64,000 bases of DNA from Candidatus Latescibacterota bacterium (lineage in GTDB: Bacteria; Latescibacterota; UBA2968; UBA8231): contig OZ244561.1 in NCBI GenBank assembly GCA_965217585.1, positions 2,048,001 to 2,112,000 of the forward strand, read 5' to 3'. Below, piece after piece: positions 36,859-45,933 of the stretch (position 1 is its first letter; each line of letters starts with the position of its first letter). The translations under genes were made by a program, and so were the position numbers. Under the pieces are notes generated by a model that saw nothing but the letters and a program-made list of their open reading frames with translations, had not been told where the DNA came from and searched no databases.

Positions 36859-37674
36859 TCAAGTCGGCCTGCGCGCCGACAAATCGTCGTGCAAGTCGAT
36901 GGTAGTGTATTTTTTGTCTACTTGTTTCACGGCGATGCGCACAAACTCCAGCTTTTCCGGCCCGGGATTGTAGATGCCGTGCCCCTGTCTAATCCCCTGC
37001 CAAGTAACCGATCCCGGCTTCACCGCAAAGGTCTCGTCGTCAATCGTCATCAGCCCCTTTCCCCTCAGAACCACAAAGCTCTCTTCGAGAAAGTCGTGAT
37101 AGTGATACCCCACCGATCCTCCCGCGCCGAGGATCGCATGGTCGAGAAAGGTCCAGGCACTGTAGAAATCCTCGGGCGAGAGCACGTGCCGGGTGGCGAT
37201 CTGCCCACAGCCGCCGTGGATTGCGTTGCGCCACTTTAGCGCTTGCGCGTCAAAGATCCCCGCGAGGAAGGGCACACTTTGCGTCGCGTCCGTTTCGACG
37301 CCCCCAGACTGTTCCCAAAACCGGTTGACTAGGCGTTGCTGCGCCTCTGAACCCATGTCCATCGCGACGCGCACGCGCAGCACGTGCACAAACATGTTGG
37401 TCAAGTTTTTCAGCGCGTGATCGCCCCCGATAGGTTCGACGATAAACCCAAGCCCTTCACCGCTTTCTACTCGCTGCTGCCGCACGGTCAACTCCACCGG
37501 CCCGCCCGTAAACACATAGCCCTGTTCACAAGCTATTCCCATACCTTCCACCAAGCGCTCTTCCCTTGGTGCCAATGCCCAATAGTCGAATGCCAACCAC
37601 GGCGTCTGTCGCTGCAACCCCGAAAAGACCGGCCCTCCCTCTTGGTCTAACTCATTGAGACGGATGTGCTTCAT
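36859..37674 (-). CDS. Cupin-domain protein
   Basis: GYHYH...EE.FVVL.G.G, HGIYN; SD GAGGAG. Confidence 0.78.
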   Translation of the reverse strand: MKHIRLNELDQEGGPVFSGLQRQTPWLAFDYWALAPREERLVEGMGIACEQGYVFTGGPVELTVRQQRVESGEGLGFIVEPIGGDHALKNLTNMFVHVLRVRVAMDMGSEAQQRLVNRFWEQSGGVETDATQSVPFLAGIFDAQALKWRNAIHGGCGQIATRHVLSPEDFYSAWTFLDHAILGAGGSVGYHYHDFLEESFVVLRGKGLMTIDDETFAVKPGSVTWQGIRQGHGIYNPGPEKLEFVRIAVKQVDKKYTTIDLHDDLSARRPT

Positions 37675-37803
37675 GCTTTTCTCCTCGCTATCATCCTGTG
37701 CCGCCACGGTAAACTACGCATCCCACCCCCCCTTCACAAACCCTTGACACCCTTCCTCTCAACCCCCAACATAAACGCCCATCTCTACACGGAGCCACCC
37801 AGA

Positions 37804-38916
37804 TTGCCTACAGAAAAAGACCCCATTTGCGTCGCCGTTCTCGGCCAAGGCCGCTCCGGTCTCGACATCCACTGCCGCTACTTCAAGACCGTCCCGCACA
37901 AATACCAAATAGTCGCCGTTGCCGACCTGCTTGCGGACCGCCGCCAGCGCGCCCACAGCGAAATGGGCTGCGACACCTACGCCGACTACCGCGACCTCCT
38001 CGCGCTCGCGCGCGGCAATGGCAATATCGACTTGGTCGTCAACGCCCTGCCCAGCCACCTCCACCCTCAAGCCACTATCGATTCCCTCAGCAGTGGCCAC
38101 CACACTATCTGCGAAAAACCCCTTGCCTGGAGCGTGGCCGAACTCGACAACATGATCGCCGCCGCCCACAAGGCCGATCGCCTGCTCCTCCCCTTCCAGC
38201 AATCGCGCAACGCGCCCCAATTCCAAAAGATGCTCCAAGTCATTGATTCGGGCGTCCTCGGCCGCATCGTCCAGGTCTCGATCTCCTTCAGCGGTTTTGC
38301 CCGCCGCTGGGACTGGCAGACCCTGCAGGAATACCGGGGCGGCAACCTACTCAACACCGGTCCGCACCCCATGGACCAAGCCATGCGCCTGCTCGACTTC
38401 AAAAAGCCGGATCAAGTCTTCTGCGCCATGGATCGCGCTAACACCTACGGTGACGCCGAGGACTACGTCAAAATTCTGCTGCGCACCAAAGACAAACCCG
38501 TCATCGACGTCGAAATCTCCTCCTGCACCACCTTCCCACAGCCCATGTACACCGTCCACGGCGAGCGCGGCGGCCTCTCCGGTGGCCCTGCGGGACTGAC
38601 TTGGCGCTACTACGATCCGCAAAAGGCACCCGAGCAAATGCTCATCCGCAGCCCACTGCCCGGCCCGAGCTATTGCCGTGAAGAGCTAAAAATGATCGAG
38701 CAGTCCTGGGCCCCGAACGAGGACGAGCAAAACGCATTTGCCTATATGTCTAATGCCTATTACGACGGCGTATTGGCCGTGTTGCGGGAAGCAACCCAAC
38801 CCGAGATCACGCCGCAACAGGTGCGCGTCCAGATCGCCGTCATCGAAGAGTGCCACCGCCAAAACCGCCTCTCCCAACTGCCGCCCCAAGGTTGGCCAAA
38901 GGAATCCGCGACATGA
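37804..38916 (+). CDS. Gfo/Idh/MocA oxidoreductase
   Basis: LGQGRSG, CEKP, GG.LLNTGPH..D; TTG start inferred. Confidence 0.88.
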   Translation: MPTEKDPICVAVLGQGRSGLDIHCRYFKTVPHKYQIVAVADLLADRRQRAHSEMGCDTYADYRDLLALARGNGNIDLVVNALPSHLHPQATIDSLSSGHHTICEKPLAWSVAELDNMIAAAHKADRLLLPFQQSRNAPQFQKMLQVIDSGVLGRIVQVSISFSGFARRWDWQTLQEYRGGNLLNTGPHPMDQAMRLLDFKKPDQVFCAMDRANTYGDAEDYVKILLRTKDKPVIDVEISSCTTFPQPMYTVHGERGGLSGGPAGLTWRYYDPQKAPEQMLIRSPLPGPSYCREELKMIEQSWAPNEDEQNAFAYMSNAYYDGVLAVLREATQPEITPQQVRVQIAVIEECHRQNRLSQLPPQGWPKESAT

Positions 38917-39938
38917 ACTCCGCCAAAGCAAACGCCCTCACCGCAGCCATCGCCAAGCTACCTCGCGTCCAGCTAGCTTCAATCCGCCCCACCCCGCTGG
39001 AGCCGCTGCCGCGCCTAACCGCTCACCTCGACAGCCCGGCACTCTACATTAAGCGCGACGACCTGACCGGCTTGGCCTTTGGCGGCAACAAGACGCGGAT
39101 GTTCGAGTTTGCCTTGGCCGACGCCTTGGCCAAAGGGGCCGACACCATCGTCTCGGGCGCGGCGGTGCAGTCCAACTACTGCCGCCAACTCGCCGCGGCC
39201 TGCGCCAAGCTCGACTTGGAACTGCACCTGCTCCTCCGCCCAGTGCGCCCAATCGACCGCACCCAATCCCAAGGCAACAACCTGCTACAGCACCTGCTCG
39301 GCGCACAGATCACCGTCCTAGCGGAAGGCGACCATCGCAGCCAACAAGACGCTCTCCAAGCCAAAGTTGAAGAGCTTTCTGCACAGGGGAAAAGAGTGTA
39401 CTGGCCGCGCCGCGAAGATACTATCGACCTCGACGCCATCGCCTATGCCGAAGTGGGTGTGGAGATTGCCCACCAATGCCAAGAGCAAGGCATCGACCCG
39501 TCCTACCTCTACCTCTCTGCCCTCGACACCACCCAAGCCGGCGTGGCACTAGGCCTAGCCTATATCGAGTCGCCGATCCAAGTGCGCGGATTCTGCCCTA
39601 TCCCCAAAGTCGAAAACCGCCACGAGGACATGGCCAACCTCGCCAATCAAGCCGCCCGCCGCCTCGGCCTCGACTGTGCCATGAGTGCGGCTGACTTCGA
39701 CAACGACGATTCCTTCGTCGGCCAGGGGTACGGCATCCCCACCCCCGCTGGTTTGGATGCCCTACACACCTTGGCGCGCAAAGAGGGCATTCTCCTCGAT
39801 CCCGTGTACACCAGCAAGGCCCTCGCTGGCCTTGTTGCCCACGCACGCGACGGCAGGCTCGACGGCGAGGCGATCTTCCTGCACACCGGTGGCAACCCCG
39901 CCCTGTTCGCCTATGCTCAAGAAGTGCTCGCCGACTAG
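38913..39938 (+). CDS. PLP-dependent D-cysteine desulfhydrase / cysteate sulfo-lyase family enzyme
   Basis: IKRDDLTG..FGGNKTR, QSNYCR, LDPVYTSK, HTGG. Confidence 0.88.
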   Translation: MNSAKANALTAAIAKLPRVQLASIRPTPLEPLPRLTAHLDSPALYIKRDDLTGLAFGGNKTRMFEFALADALAKGADTIVSGAAVQSNYCRQLAAACAKLDLELHLLLRPVRPIDRTQSQGNNLLQHLLGAQITVLAEGDHRSQQDALQAKVEELSAQGKRVYWPRREDTIDLDAIAYAEVGVEIAHQCQEQGIDPSYLYLSALDTTQAGVALGLAYIESPIQVRGFCPIPKVENRHEDMANLANQAARRLGLDCAMSAADFDNDDSFVGQGYGIPTPAGLDALHTLARKEGILLDPVYTSKALAGLVAHARDGRLDGEAIFLHTGGNPALFAYAQEVLAD

Positions 39939-39943
39939 ACTAG

Positions 39944-40693
39944 ATGGATCCTTTTTTCCTGATCGGCGTCTCCTTCCTGACTTCGACCTTTACCGCCATC
40001 ATCGGCGTGGGTGGCGGCATCGCGCTGATCTCGGTCATGCCGGGCTTGCTGCCCGCCGCGGCCATCATTCCCGTCCACGGTGCCGTGCAGCTAGCCTCCA
40101 ACGCCAGCCGCGTATTCTTTGGCCTGCGCCACATCGAATGGCGCATCTTTTGGCCCTTCTCGGGCGGCGCAGTCCTCGGCGCTGTCGTGGGAGCGCAGGT
40201 GGTCGGCGACTTTAGCTTCGACGATCTGCCCCTATACCTGGGCCTCTTCATTCTCCTCTTCATCTGGGTTCCTGTGCCCAAACGCGCTTTTCGCCTCCCC
40301 GGCCACTTCGCCATTTTCGGTGCCCTTCAGACCTTCCTCGCCCTCTTTGTCGGCGTCGCTGGTCCCCTGACCGGTGCCTTCTTGGCCAGCGCGGGTTTGC
40401 CCAAGGACCGCTTGGTCATTACTCACGGCACGGTCATGACCGTCACCCACCTGTGCAAAATCCTGGTCTTCGGCTTTGTCGGCTTCGCCTTTGCGCCCTA
40501 CTTGCCTCTCATCGCTGGGATGATTGGCGCGGCAGCGCTTGGTTCGTGGTGCGGGACGCGCTTGCGCGACCGGGTTTCCGAAAGCCTCTTCCGCAAGGTC
40601 TTCAGGATCGTGATCACGCTCCTCTCGCTGCGCATGATCGTCGATTCACTCTATTCAGCAGAAGAACTGACCCAACGCCTGAACGGTGCGTAA
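39944..40693 (+). CDS. TauE/SafE sulfite exporter family protein
   Basis: GVGGG motif, about 8 TM segments, GSW.G..LR..VSE..FRK. Confidence 0.85.
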   Translation: MDPFFLIGVSFLTSTFTAIIGVGGGIALISVMPGLLPAAAIIPVHGAVQLASNASRVFFGLRHIEWRIFWPFSGGAVLGAVVGAQVVGDFSFDDLPLYLGLFILLFIWVPVPKRAFRLPGHFAIFGALQTFLALFVGVAGPLTGAFLASAGLPKDRLVITHGTVMTVTHLCKILVFGFVGFAFAPYLPLIAGMIGAAALGSWCGTRLRDRVSESLFRKVFRIVITLLSLRMIVDSLYSAEELTQRLNGA

Positions 40694-40770
40694 AATCACT
40701 TAAGAAGCGGTCGTTTGCAGAAGCGAACTTTGCGGGCTTATTTTAGTAGCCCGTTGCAAAGGAGATTTCC

Positions 40771-41511
40771 ATGAACGAATGCGAACAAGCCATCCAAGAA
40801 ATCGAACTCTACGGCTTCACCCTGCTCGAAAACGTCCTCGACTCCGACACTGCCGCTGCCATGCGCCAAGCCCTGATCCGCTGCGAACAAGAGCACGGCA
40901 CCGAACATATCCACCGCGGCACGGCCCGCCACGTGTCCAACCTCCCGGTCATGGACCGCATCTTCCACCAGTGCATCGACCACCCCCGCATCTTGCCCAT
41001 CCTCGAACACTTCCTCGAGCCCTCGCTGATTTTGGGCAGCCTCAACTCGCGCATCGTCCGCCCCGGCGACGGTTTCCAAAACCTGCACAGCGACATCCCC
41101 GCCTATATGCTCAACATGGACACGCCGGTGATGATGAATACGGTGTGGATGCTCGACGACTTCAGCCCCGCGATCGGCGGCACTCGCGTGGTACCCGGTT
41201 CGCACAAGAGCGGCCTCGCCGCGCCCCCAGAGGGATTCGCGGTCCAGCACGAGGTGCAGCCCACAGCCTCGGCCGGCTCGGTGATCGTCTTCAACGGCCA
41301 GTGCTGGCACGGCGGCGGTGCCAACACCGGAGACCGCAACCGCCACGCCCTCTTCGGTCACTACAGAAAGCACATGCTGGTCTTTCAGCTCGACCCGCAC
41401 GACGGCTTCCCGCCGGAATGGTACGATGGCTTGAGCCCGCGTCAGCGCCAGCTAATGCGGATGCAAAAAGGCCCCGGTGTCCCCCACGCAGCCGACGCCC
41501 ATTTCCGCTAG
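40771..41511 (+). CDS. PhyH-family dioxygenase
   Basis: LHSD, GGTRVVPGSH, CWHGGGAN..R. Confidence 0.9.
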   Translation: MNECEQAIQEIELYGFTLLENVLDSDTAAAMRQALIRCEQEHGTEHIHRGTARHVSNLPVMDRIFHQCIDHPRILPILEHFLEPSLILGSLNSRIVRPGDGFQNLHSDIPAYMLNMDTPVMMNTVWMLDDFSPAIGGTRVVPGSHKSGLAAPPEGFAVQHEVQPTASAGSVIVFNGQCWHGGGANTGDRNRHALFGHYRKHMLVFQLDPHDGFPPEWYDGLSPRQRQLMRMQKGPGVPHAADAHFR

Positions 41512-41669
41512 GAGGTACGAATGCTGAACATCCGCAGCTTCAACTCCAATCTGCTGTGCCCGATTAGCTTGTGTTAGTCTGGGATTGATTAGAAGCTATC
41601 TCATGCAGCCCCACCGTCTCGCCGGCGACATCCTGCAAACGATCTGCGTCAAATGATGCGTACCCTTCT

Positions 41670-41692
41670 ATGGGGACTGGTCCCCATTTTTC
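41670..41692 (+). terminator. Short hairpin plus T-run (terminator or REP-like)
   Basis: ATGGGGA-CTGG-TCCCCAT followed by TTTT. Confidence 0.5.
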
Positions 41693-41742
41693 TCTTCCTT
41701 GCTTGCACCATTCACAACCCAACACCTCAAAGGAGTTCCACT

Positions 41743-42816
41743 ATGAGCGACTATCTCGTCTATATCGGCACCTATTCCAGCGGCGACGAGGACGGCATTC
41801 ACGTCTACCGCCTCGACATGGCCACCGGTGCGCTCGCGCATCAAAGCAGCATCGGCGGCATTGACAACCCTTCCTTTCTCGACATTGCTCCCAACCGCCG
41901 CTTCCTCTACGCCATCGGCGAGACTAGCGCGGTCGGCGATCGGCCCGGCGGCGCGGTTGCGGCCTTTGCCATTGACCAGCAGAGTGGGGCCCTCACCCAC
42001 ATCAACACCGAATCGACCGTGGGCACCGGCCCTTGCCACATCAGCATTGACCGCGCCGGCCAGTACGCGCTGGCCGCCAACTACGGCGGCGGCAGCGTCG
42101 CAATTCTGCCGATCCGCGAAGACGGCTCGCTCGGCGCGGCCACGGATTTCGTCCAACACGAAGGTTCTTCGGTCAACCGAGGCCGCCAGGAGGGGCCACA
42201 CGCCCACTCGATTATGGTCGCCCCCAACAACAAACACGCCTTTGCCCCAGATTTGGGCATCGACAAGGTGCTCATCTATGCGATTGACCACGATAAGGGG
42301 ACACTCAGCGCGCAGACGCCCGCGGAAATCGCCCCCGGCAGCGGCCCGCGCCACCTCGCCTTCCACCCCGACAGCCAACGGGCTTACGTCATCAACGAAC
42401 TAAGCAACACCATCACGGCTTTTGACTACGACGCCGACGCCGGCACGCTCGCCACCACCCAGACCATCTCGACGCTACCCGATGGCTATGCGGAGGTCAG
42501 CCACACCGCCGACATCCACGTCCACCCCAACGGCCGCTTTCTCTACGGGTCCAATCGCGGCCACGACTCCATTGCCGTCTATGCCATCGACCAAGACACC
42601 GGCCAGCTCGCACTCGTCGAGATCGTGCCGACCGGCGGTGCCAACCCGCGCAACTTCGGCCTCGACCCCACGGGCACCTACCTAATCGCTGGCAACCACA
42701 GCACCAACGACATCTTCACCTTCCGCGTCGATCCAGACACCGGCAAGCTCACGCCTACCGGCCACAAGGCCGAAGTCGGCACGCCCGTGTGCCACAAGTT
42801 CATTCCGGTTTTTTAG
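41743..42816 (+). CDS. 6-phosphogluconolactonase-like seven-bladed lactonase
   Basis: YIGTY, NPSFL, ANYGGG, PHAH, DLGID, GPRH, SNRGHD, PRNF; SD AAGGAG. Confidence 0.92.
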   Translation: MSDYLVYIGTYSSGDEDGIHVYRLDMATGALAHQSSIGGIDNPSFLDIAPNRRFLYAIGETSAVGDRPGGAVAAFAIDQQSGALTHINTESTVGTGPCHISIDRAGQYALAANYGGGSVAILPIREDGSLGAATDFVQHEGSSVNRGRQEGPHAHSIMVAPNNKHAFAPDLGIDKVLIYAIDHDKGTLSAQTPAEIAPGSGPRHLAFHPDSQRAYVINELSNTITAFDYDADAGTLATTQTISTLPDGYAEVSHTADIHVHPNGRFLYGSNRGHDSIAVYAIDQDTGQLALVEIVPTGGANPRNFGLDPTGTYLIAGNHSTNDIFTFRVDPDTGKLTPTGHKAEVGTPVCHKFIPVF

Positions 42817-42823
42817 GAATAGA

Positions 42824-42871
42824 CGGCAGGGCGTGCAACGTTGCTATTGGACTGCGTTGTACGTCCTGCCG
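42824..42871. repeat. REP-like imperfect palindrome
   Basis: CGGCAGGGCGTGCAACG-N14-CGTTGTACGTCCTGCCG; both mismatches are G-T. Confidence 0.55.
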
Positions 42872-42945
42872 GTTGGTGCCTAGCGCCGGTCGAGAAGTAG
42901 CAGGCGCATCGTACCACATTGAGAAAAGGGTTCGCACGACAAGCT

Positions 42946-43593
42946 ATGGCTCGGGCGATCATTTTTGACTTTGACCTTACACTAGCGGACCCAACAAAAG
43001 GCACCATTGAGTGTGTTAATTTTGCGCTGGAGAGGTTGAATCTGCCCCAAGCCGATGACAAGCGTATCAAGCGAACTATCGGTATGTCCCTAGAGGACAC
43101 TTTTCTAAATTTGACTGGGCAAACAAACAATCAGAATGTCAGTTTGTTCGCAAGCAACTTTGTCAAACGAGCCGATCAGGTTATGGCGGACTTAACATCC
43201 ATGTTTGATAGCGTCCCTGCGACAACTGAGCGATTGATCGAAATGGGTTTTGCATTGGGAATCGTGTCAACGAAATTTCGCTATAGAATTGAGGAGATCC
43301 TAGCAAGGGAAGGGCTGTCCAATCGCTTTCGCGTCATCATCGGCGGAGAAGATGTTGCCGAACCCAAACCACATCCCAGTGGTTTGACAGCCGCTATCGC
43401 TAAAATGCAAATAGATGCTAATGATGTGCTTTACGTTGGCGACAGTACGATTGATGCGTTAACGGCCGAACGGGCCAGGGTGCCCTTTATTGCGGTACTA
43501 TCAGGCACGACAAGCAAAAGTGAATTTGACGAAGTTCCCAAAATTGCGGTTATCGACGACATTTCAGCGTTACCTCGATTGCTTAGTGCTTAA
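42946..43593 (+). CDS. HAD hydrolase, phosphoglycolate-phosphatase-like
   Basis: FDFDLTL, VSTK, KPHP, VGDS..D; lower GC. Confidence 0.88.
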   Translation: MARAIIFDFDLTLADPTKGTIECVNFALERLNLPQADDKRIKRTIGMSLEDTFLNLTGQTNNQNVSLFASNFVKRADQVMADLTSMFDSVPATTERLIEMGFALGIVSTKFRYRIEEILAREGLSNRFRVIIGGEDVAEPKPHPSGLTAAIAKMQIDANDVLYVGDSTIDALTAERARVPFIAVLSGTTSKSEFDEVPKIAVIDDISALPRLLSA

Positions 43594-43701
43594 TTAGGAA
43601 GGTACTTTGCCCGAAGCGGCAAGATCATCCATCTGCCGTTGTACCCGCGAGCGATGCGGATATTTACCTGATGAATATATGCCCAAGAAAGCATTCCCAA
43701 G

Positions 43702-44124
43702 TCATTCAGGCTTGGGAGTTGTCCTGGGCTCATCTGTTACCAATTCGTATCTAATGTCGCTAAAGCGGTCCAGACGATGATCGTTGGTTAGAAATACATC
43801 GCAACTCGACTCCACAGCGGCAGCAAGATGAATTGCATCAGGTGTTCTAAAGCCGTGCTGCGCTCGAATCTCGGTCGCCCGATCCATGATTGGCCGCGAT
43901 AGAACGACCACTTCTGATATCGCCCCATTAAAAAACTCATCGAAGTCTTTGAGCAGTTCGGTGTTACCTTCTCTCAGAGGTTTGACGCGACATTCCATTC
44001 TCGTCAGGTCACTGGCGACCAGAGTCACTTCTGACGATCCAATCCGCTCGTCAACGGCTGTAGCAAAGCCCTCGACTTGTTCAACGGTATAGATAACAGG
44101 TGCTGCGTCTAGGTAAAGCCGCAT
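43702..44124 (-). CDS. vapC: PIN-domain (VapC) toxin
   Basis: YLDAAPVIY, EC, RTPDAIHLAAA, FLTND. Confidence 0.9.
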   Translation of the reverse strand: MRLYLDAAPVIYTVEQVEGFATAVDERIGSSEVTLVASDLTRMECRVKPLREGNTELLKDFDEFFNGAISEVVVLSRPIMDRATEIRAQHGFRTPDAIHLAAAVESSCDVFLTNDHRLDRFSDIRYELVTDEPRTTPKPE

Positions 44125-44127
44125 AGA

Positions 44128-44610
44128 TTACTGCTCCCAGCTTTCCCGTTCACTGTGTAGGGCAGCATCAACCTCTTCCCGAGTTGGGGGTTTATGGCCA
44201 CGCACCTGCTGTCGAGCGCGTATATCTGCCATTAGCTCCCGATAGGAACGTGAAGCACCTAGCGCAGGGGAGGCTACGCCAGCTAAGTACCGCTCCAACG
44301 CCTCTTTGACCACTTGGTTGAGGTTTGCGCCCTTCTCCTTGGCACATAGGGCTGCCCGGCGATGTAGTTCGCTCCCCATCCGCACGTTAAAACTGCCTTT
44401 GAACGGCTGTTCGGGCTGTCGTCCTTCCTGCCGGCATAGGTCGAGATAGTCGTCCACCGCTTCTTCAAAAGCGGAGCGCAGTGAATCCACATCCGCACCC
44501 TCGTAACTGACGAGATCGCGGATAAATTCGAGCTTGCCGTAGAAAATCCGGTCGTCGTCGTCGTAGTGCGCCGAGCCGGTGTAGCCCTTATAAGTCATCA
44601 TGTCTTTCAT
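44128..44610 (-). CDS. hicB: HicB-family antitoxin with an extra ~45-aa C-terminal extension
   Basis: YKGY.G, FYGKL..I.DLVSYEG, F..AVDDYL, PFKGSFNVR...ELH (RHH); tail ...TREEVDAALHSERESWEQ. Confidence 0.85.
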   Translation of the reverse strand: MKDMMTYKGYTGSAHYDDDDRIFYGKLEFIRDLVSYEGADVDSLRSAFEEAVDDYLDLCRQEGRQPEQPFKGSFNVRMGSELHRRAALCAKEKGANLNQVVKEALERYLAGVASPALGASRSYRELMADIRARQQVRGHKPPTREEVDAALHSERESWEQ

Positions 44611-44686
44611 ATCAGTCCCCTTGTTCAAGGGCTTTAGGCATCTAAGTGCGTTCCCCAAAAAGAATATATGCCGCTCTTCATAGAGC

Positions 44687-44706
44687 AGCAACTACATTTA
44701 GTTGCT
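44687..44706. promoter_or_regulatory. Inverted-repeat operator upstream of hicB-vapC
   Basis: AGCAACTA-CATT-TAGTTGCT. Confidence 0.55.
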
Positions 44707-44752
44707 ACATCAAATCTACGGACTATTTTGGAAGAACATTTCGAAATAGCCA

Positions 44753-45913
44753 CTACCAGTTCGTATGCGACCCATCCCGGCGGCGCAAATGCGGTGGTTC
44801 CCAAAACTTGAACTCCTGCTCCCTGGCCAACTCTTCGTTGAACTCCACGCCCAGCCCTGGCCCCTCGGGCACCTTCAACATCGACCCCACCAATTCGCAC
44901 TGTACCGGAAAGAATTCTTCGTCCATGAATTTCCTTGCTTCGGTCAGCGTCACGCGGTGCTCAAGCCACGCGAAGTTGGTCACTGCTGCTGCTAGATGTA
45001 CTGTGGCCGCCGTGCAAATCGGGCCGAGGGGATTGTGTGGCATTAAGTCGATGTAGTGCGACTCCGCCAAGCTCGCCACCTTCATCGACTCGGTCAGCCC
45101 GCCGACATTGCACACATCGATCCGCGCAAACTGTGTGATGCCCCGTTCGAGATAGGGCAAAAACTGCCACTTGCTGGCAAACTCCTCGCCGATGGCAAAG
45201 GGCACATCGGTCATCGTCCTGAGCGATTCGTAGGCTTCTGGGCACTCGTCGCGGATGGGTTCTTCGAGAAAGTCGAGCGTCCCTGGCGGCATCTTCTGGC
45301 AGAACGATGCGGTCTCGGCGACCGTCAGCCGATGGTGGTAGTCAATGCCCAAGACCGGCTCGGGACCGATTTCTTGGCGCAATTCCGTCAGCCACGCGGC
45401 GGTGAGGCCGATGGTATCGCGCGGCTCGAACAGCCGCTCGTCGTCGTACTGTTTGCGCTGCACGGCTCCCGTGCGAATCACGTCCCAGCCTTTGTCCAAT
45501 AGCAGCTTGCAGTTTTTGACCAAGGTCTCTAGGTCCGGTGCCCCGGTCGTCGCAAAGCAAGGAACCCATTCGCGCTGCTTGCCGCCCAAAAGTTGATAGA
45601 CCGGCACGCCGAGTGCCTTGCCTACCACGTCGTGCAAGGCGATGTCGATGGCCGAAATCGCCGCGGTGAACACCCGCCCGCCTTCAAAGTACTGGCCGCG
45701 GTACATCTCCTGCCAGAGCCGCCCGATTTCGCGCGGGTCGCGGCCGAGCAAAAACTCTCGGTAGTGCCGCACCGCGCCCACTACGGCCAGCTCGCGCCCG
45801 GACAGGCCCGACTCGCCCCAGCCGTGGATGCCTTCGTCGGTCTCGACCTTGACGATGAGCTGATTGCGGTGGCCGACCCACGTTGGGTAGGCTTTGATGT
45901 CGCTGATTTTCAT
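44753..45913 (-). CDS. Mandelate racemase/muconate lactonizing family enzyme (galactonate dehydratase-like)
   Basis: VKVETDEG..GWGE, SAIDIALHD, IDYH, LEEP, IGEE, PHNP.GP. Confidence 0.9.
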   Translation of the reverse strand: MKISDIKAYPTWVGHRNQLIVKVETDEGIHGWGESGLSGRELAVVGAVRHYREFLLGRDPREIGRLWQEMYRGQYFEGGRVFTAAISAIDIALHDVVGKALGVPVYQLLGGKQREWVPCFATTGAPDLETLVKNCKLLLDKGWDVIRTGAVQRKQYDDERLFEPRDTIGLTAAWLTELRQEIGPEPVLGIDYHHRLTVAETASFCQKMPPGTLDFLEEPIRDECPEAYESLRTMTDVPFAIGEEFASKWQFLPYLERGITQFARIDVCNVGGLTESMKVASLAESHYIDLMPHNPLGPICTAATVHLAAAVTNFAWLEHRVTLTEARKFMDEEFFPVQCELVGSMLKVPEGPGLGVEFNEELAREQEFKFWEPPHLRRRDGSHTNW

Positions 45914-45933
45914 GGGTTATATCTCCTTGTTAT

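Noticed and set aside
38913-39938. ACC deaminase
   Set aside because: Has DPVYT/HTGG rather than the diagnostic Glu/Leu residues.
41653-41742. Lipoprotein signal (MMRTLLWGLVPIFLFLAC) as an alternative start of the lactonase
   Set aside because: No SD; the hydrophobic reading coincides with a hairpin and T-run; ATG 41743 has a strong AAGGAG. Not fully excluded.
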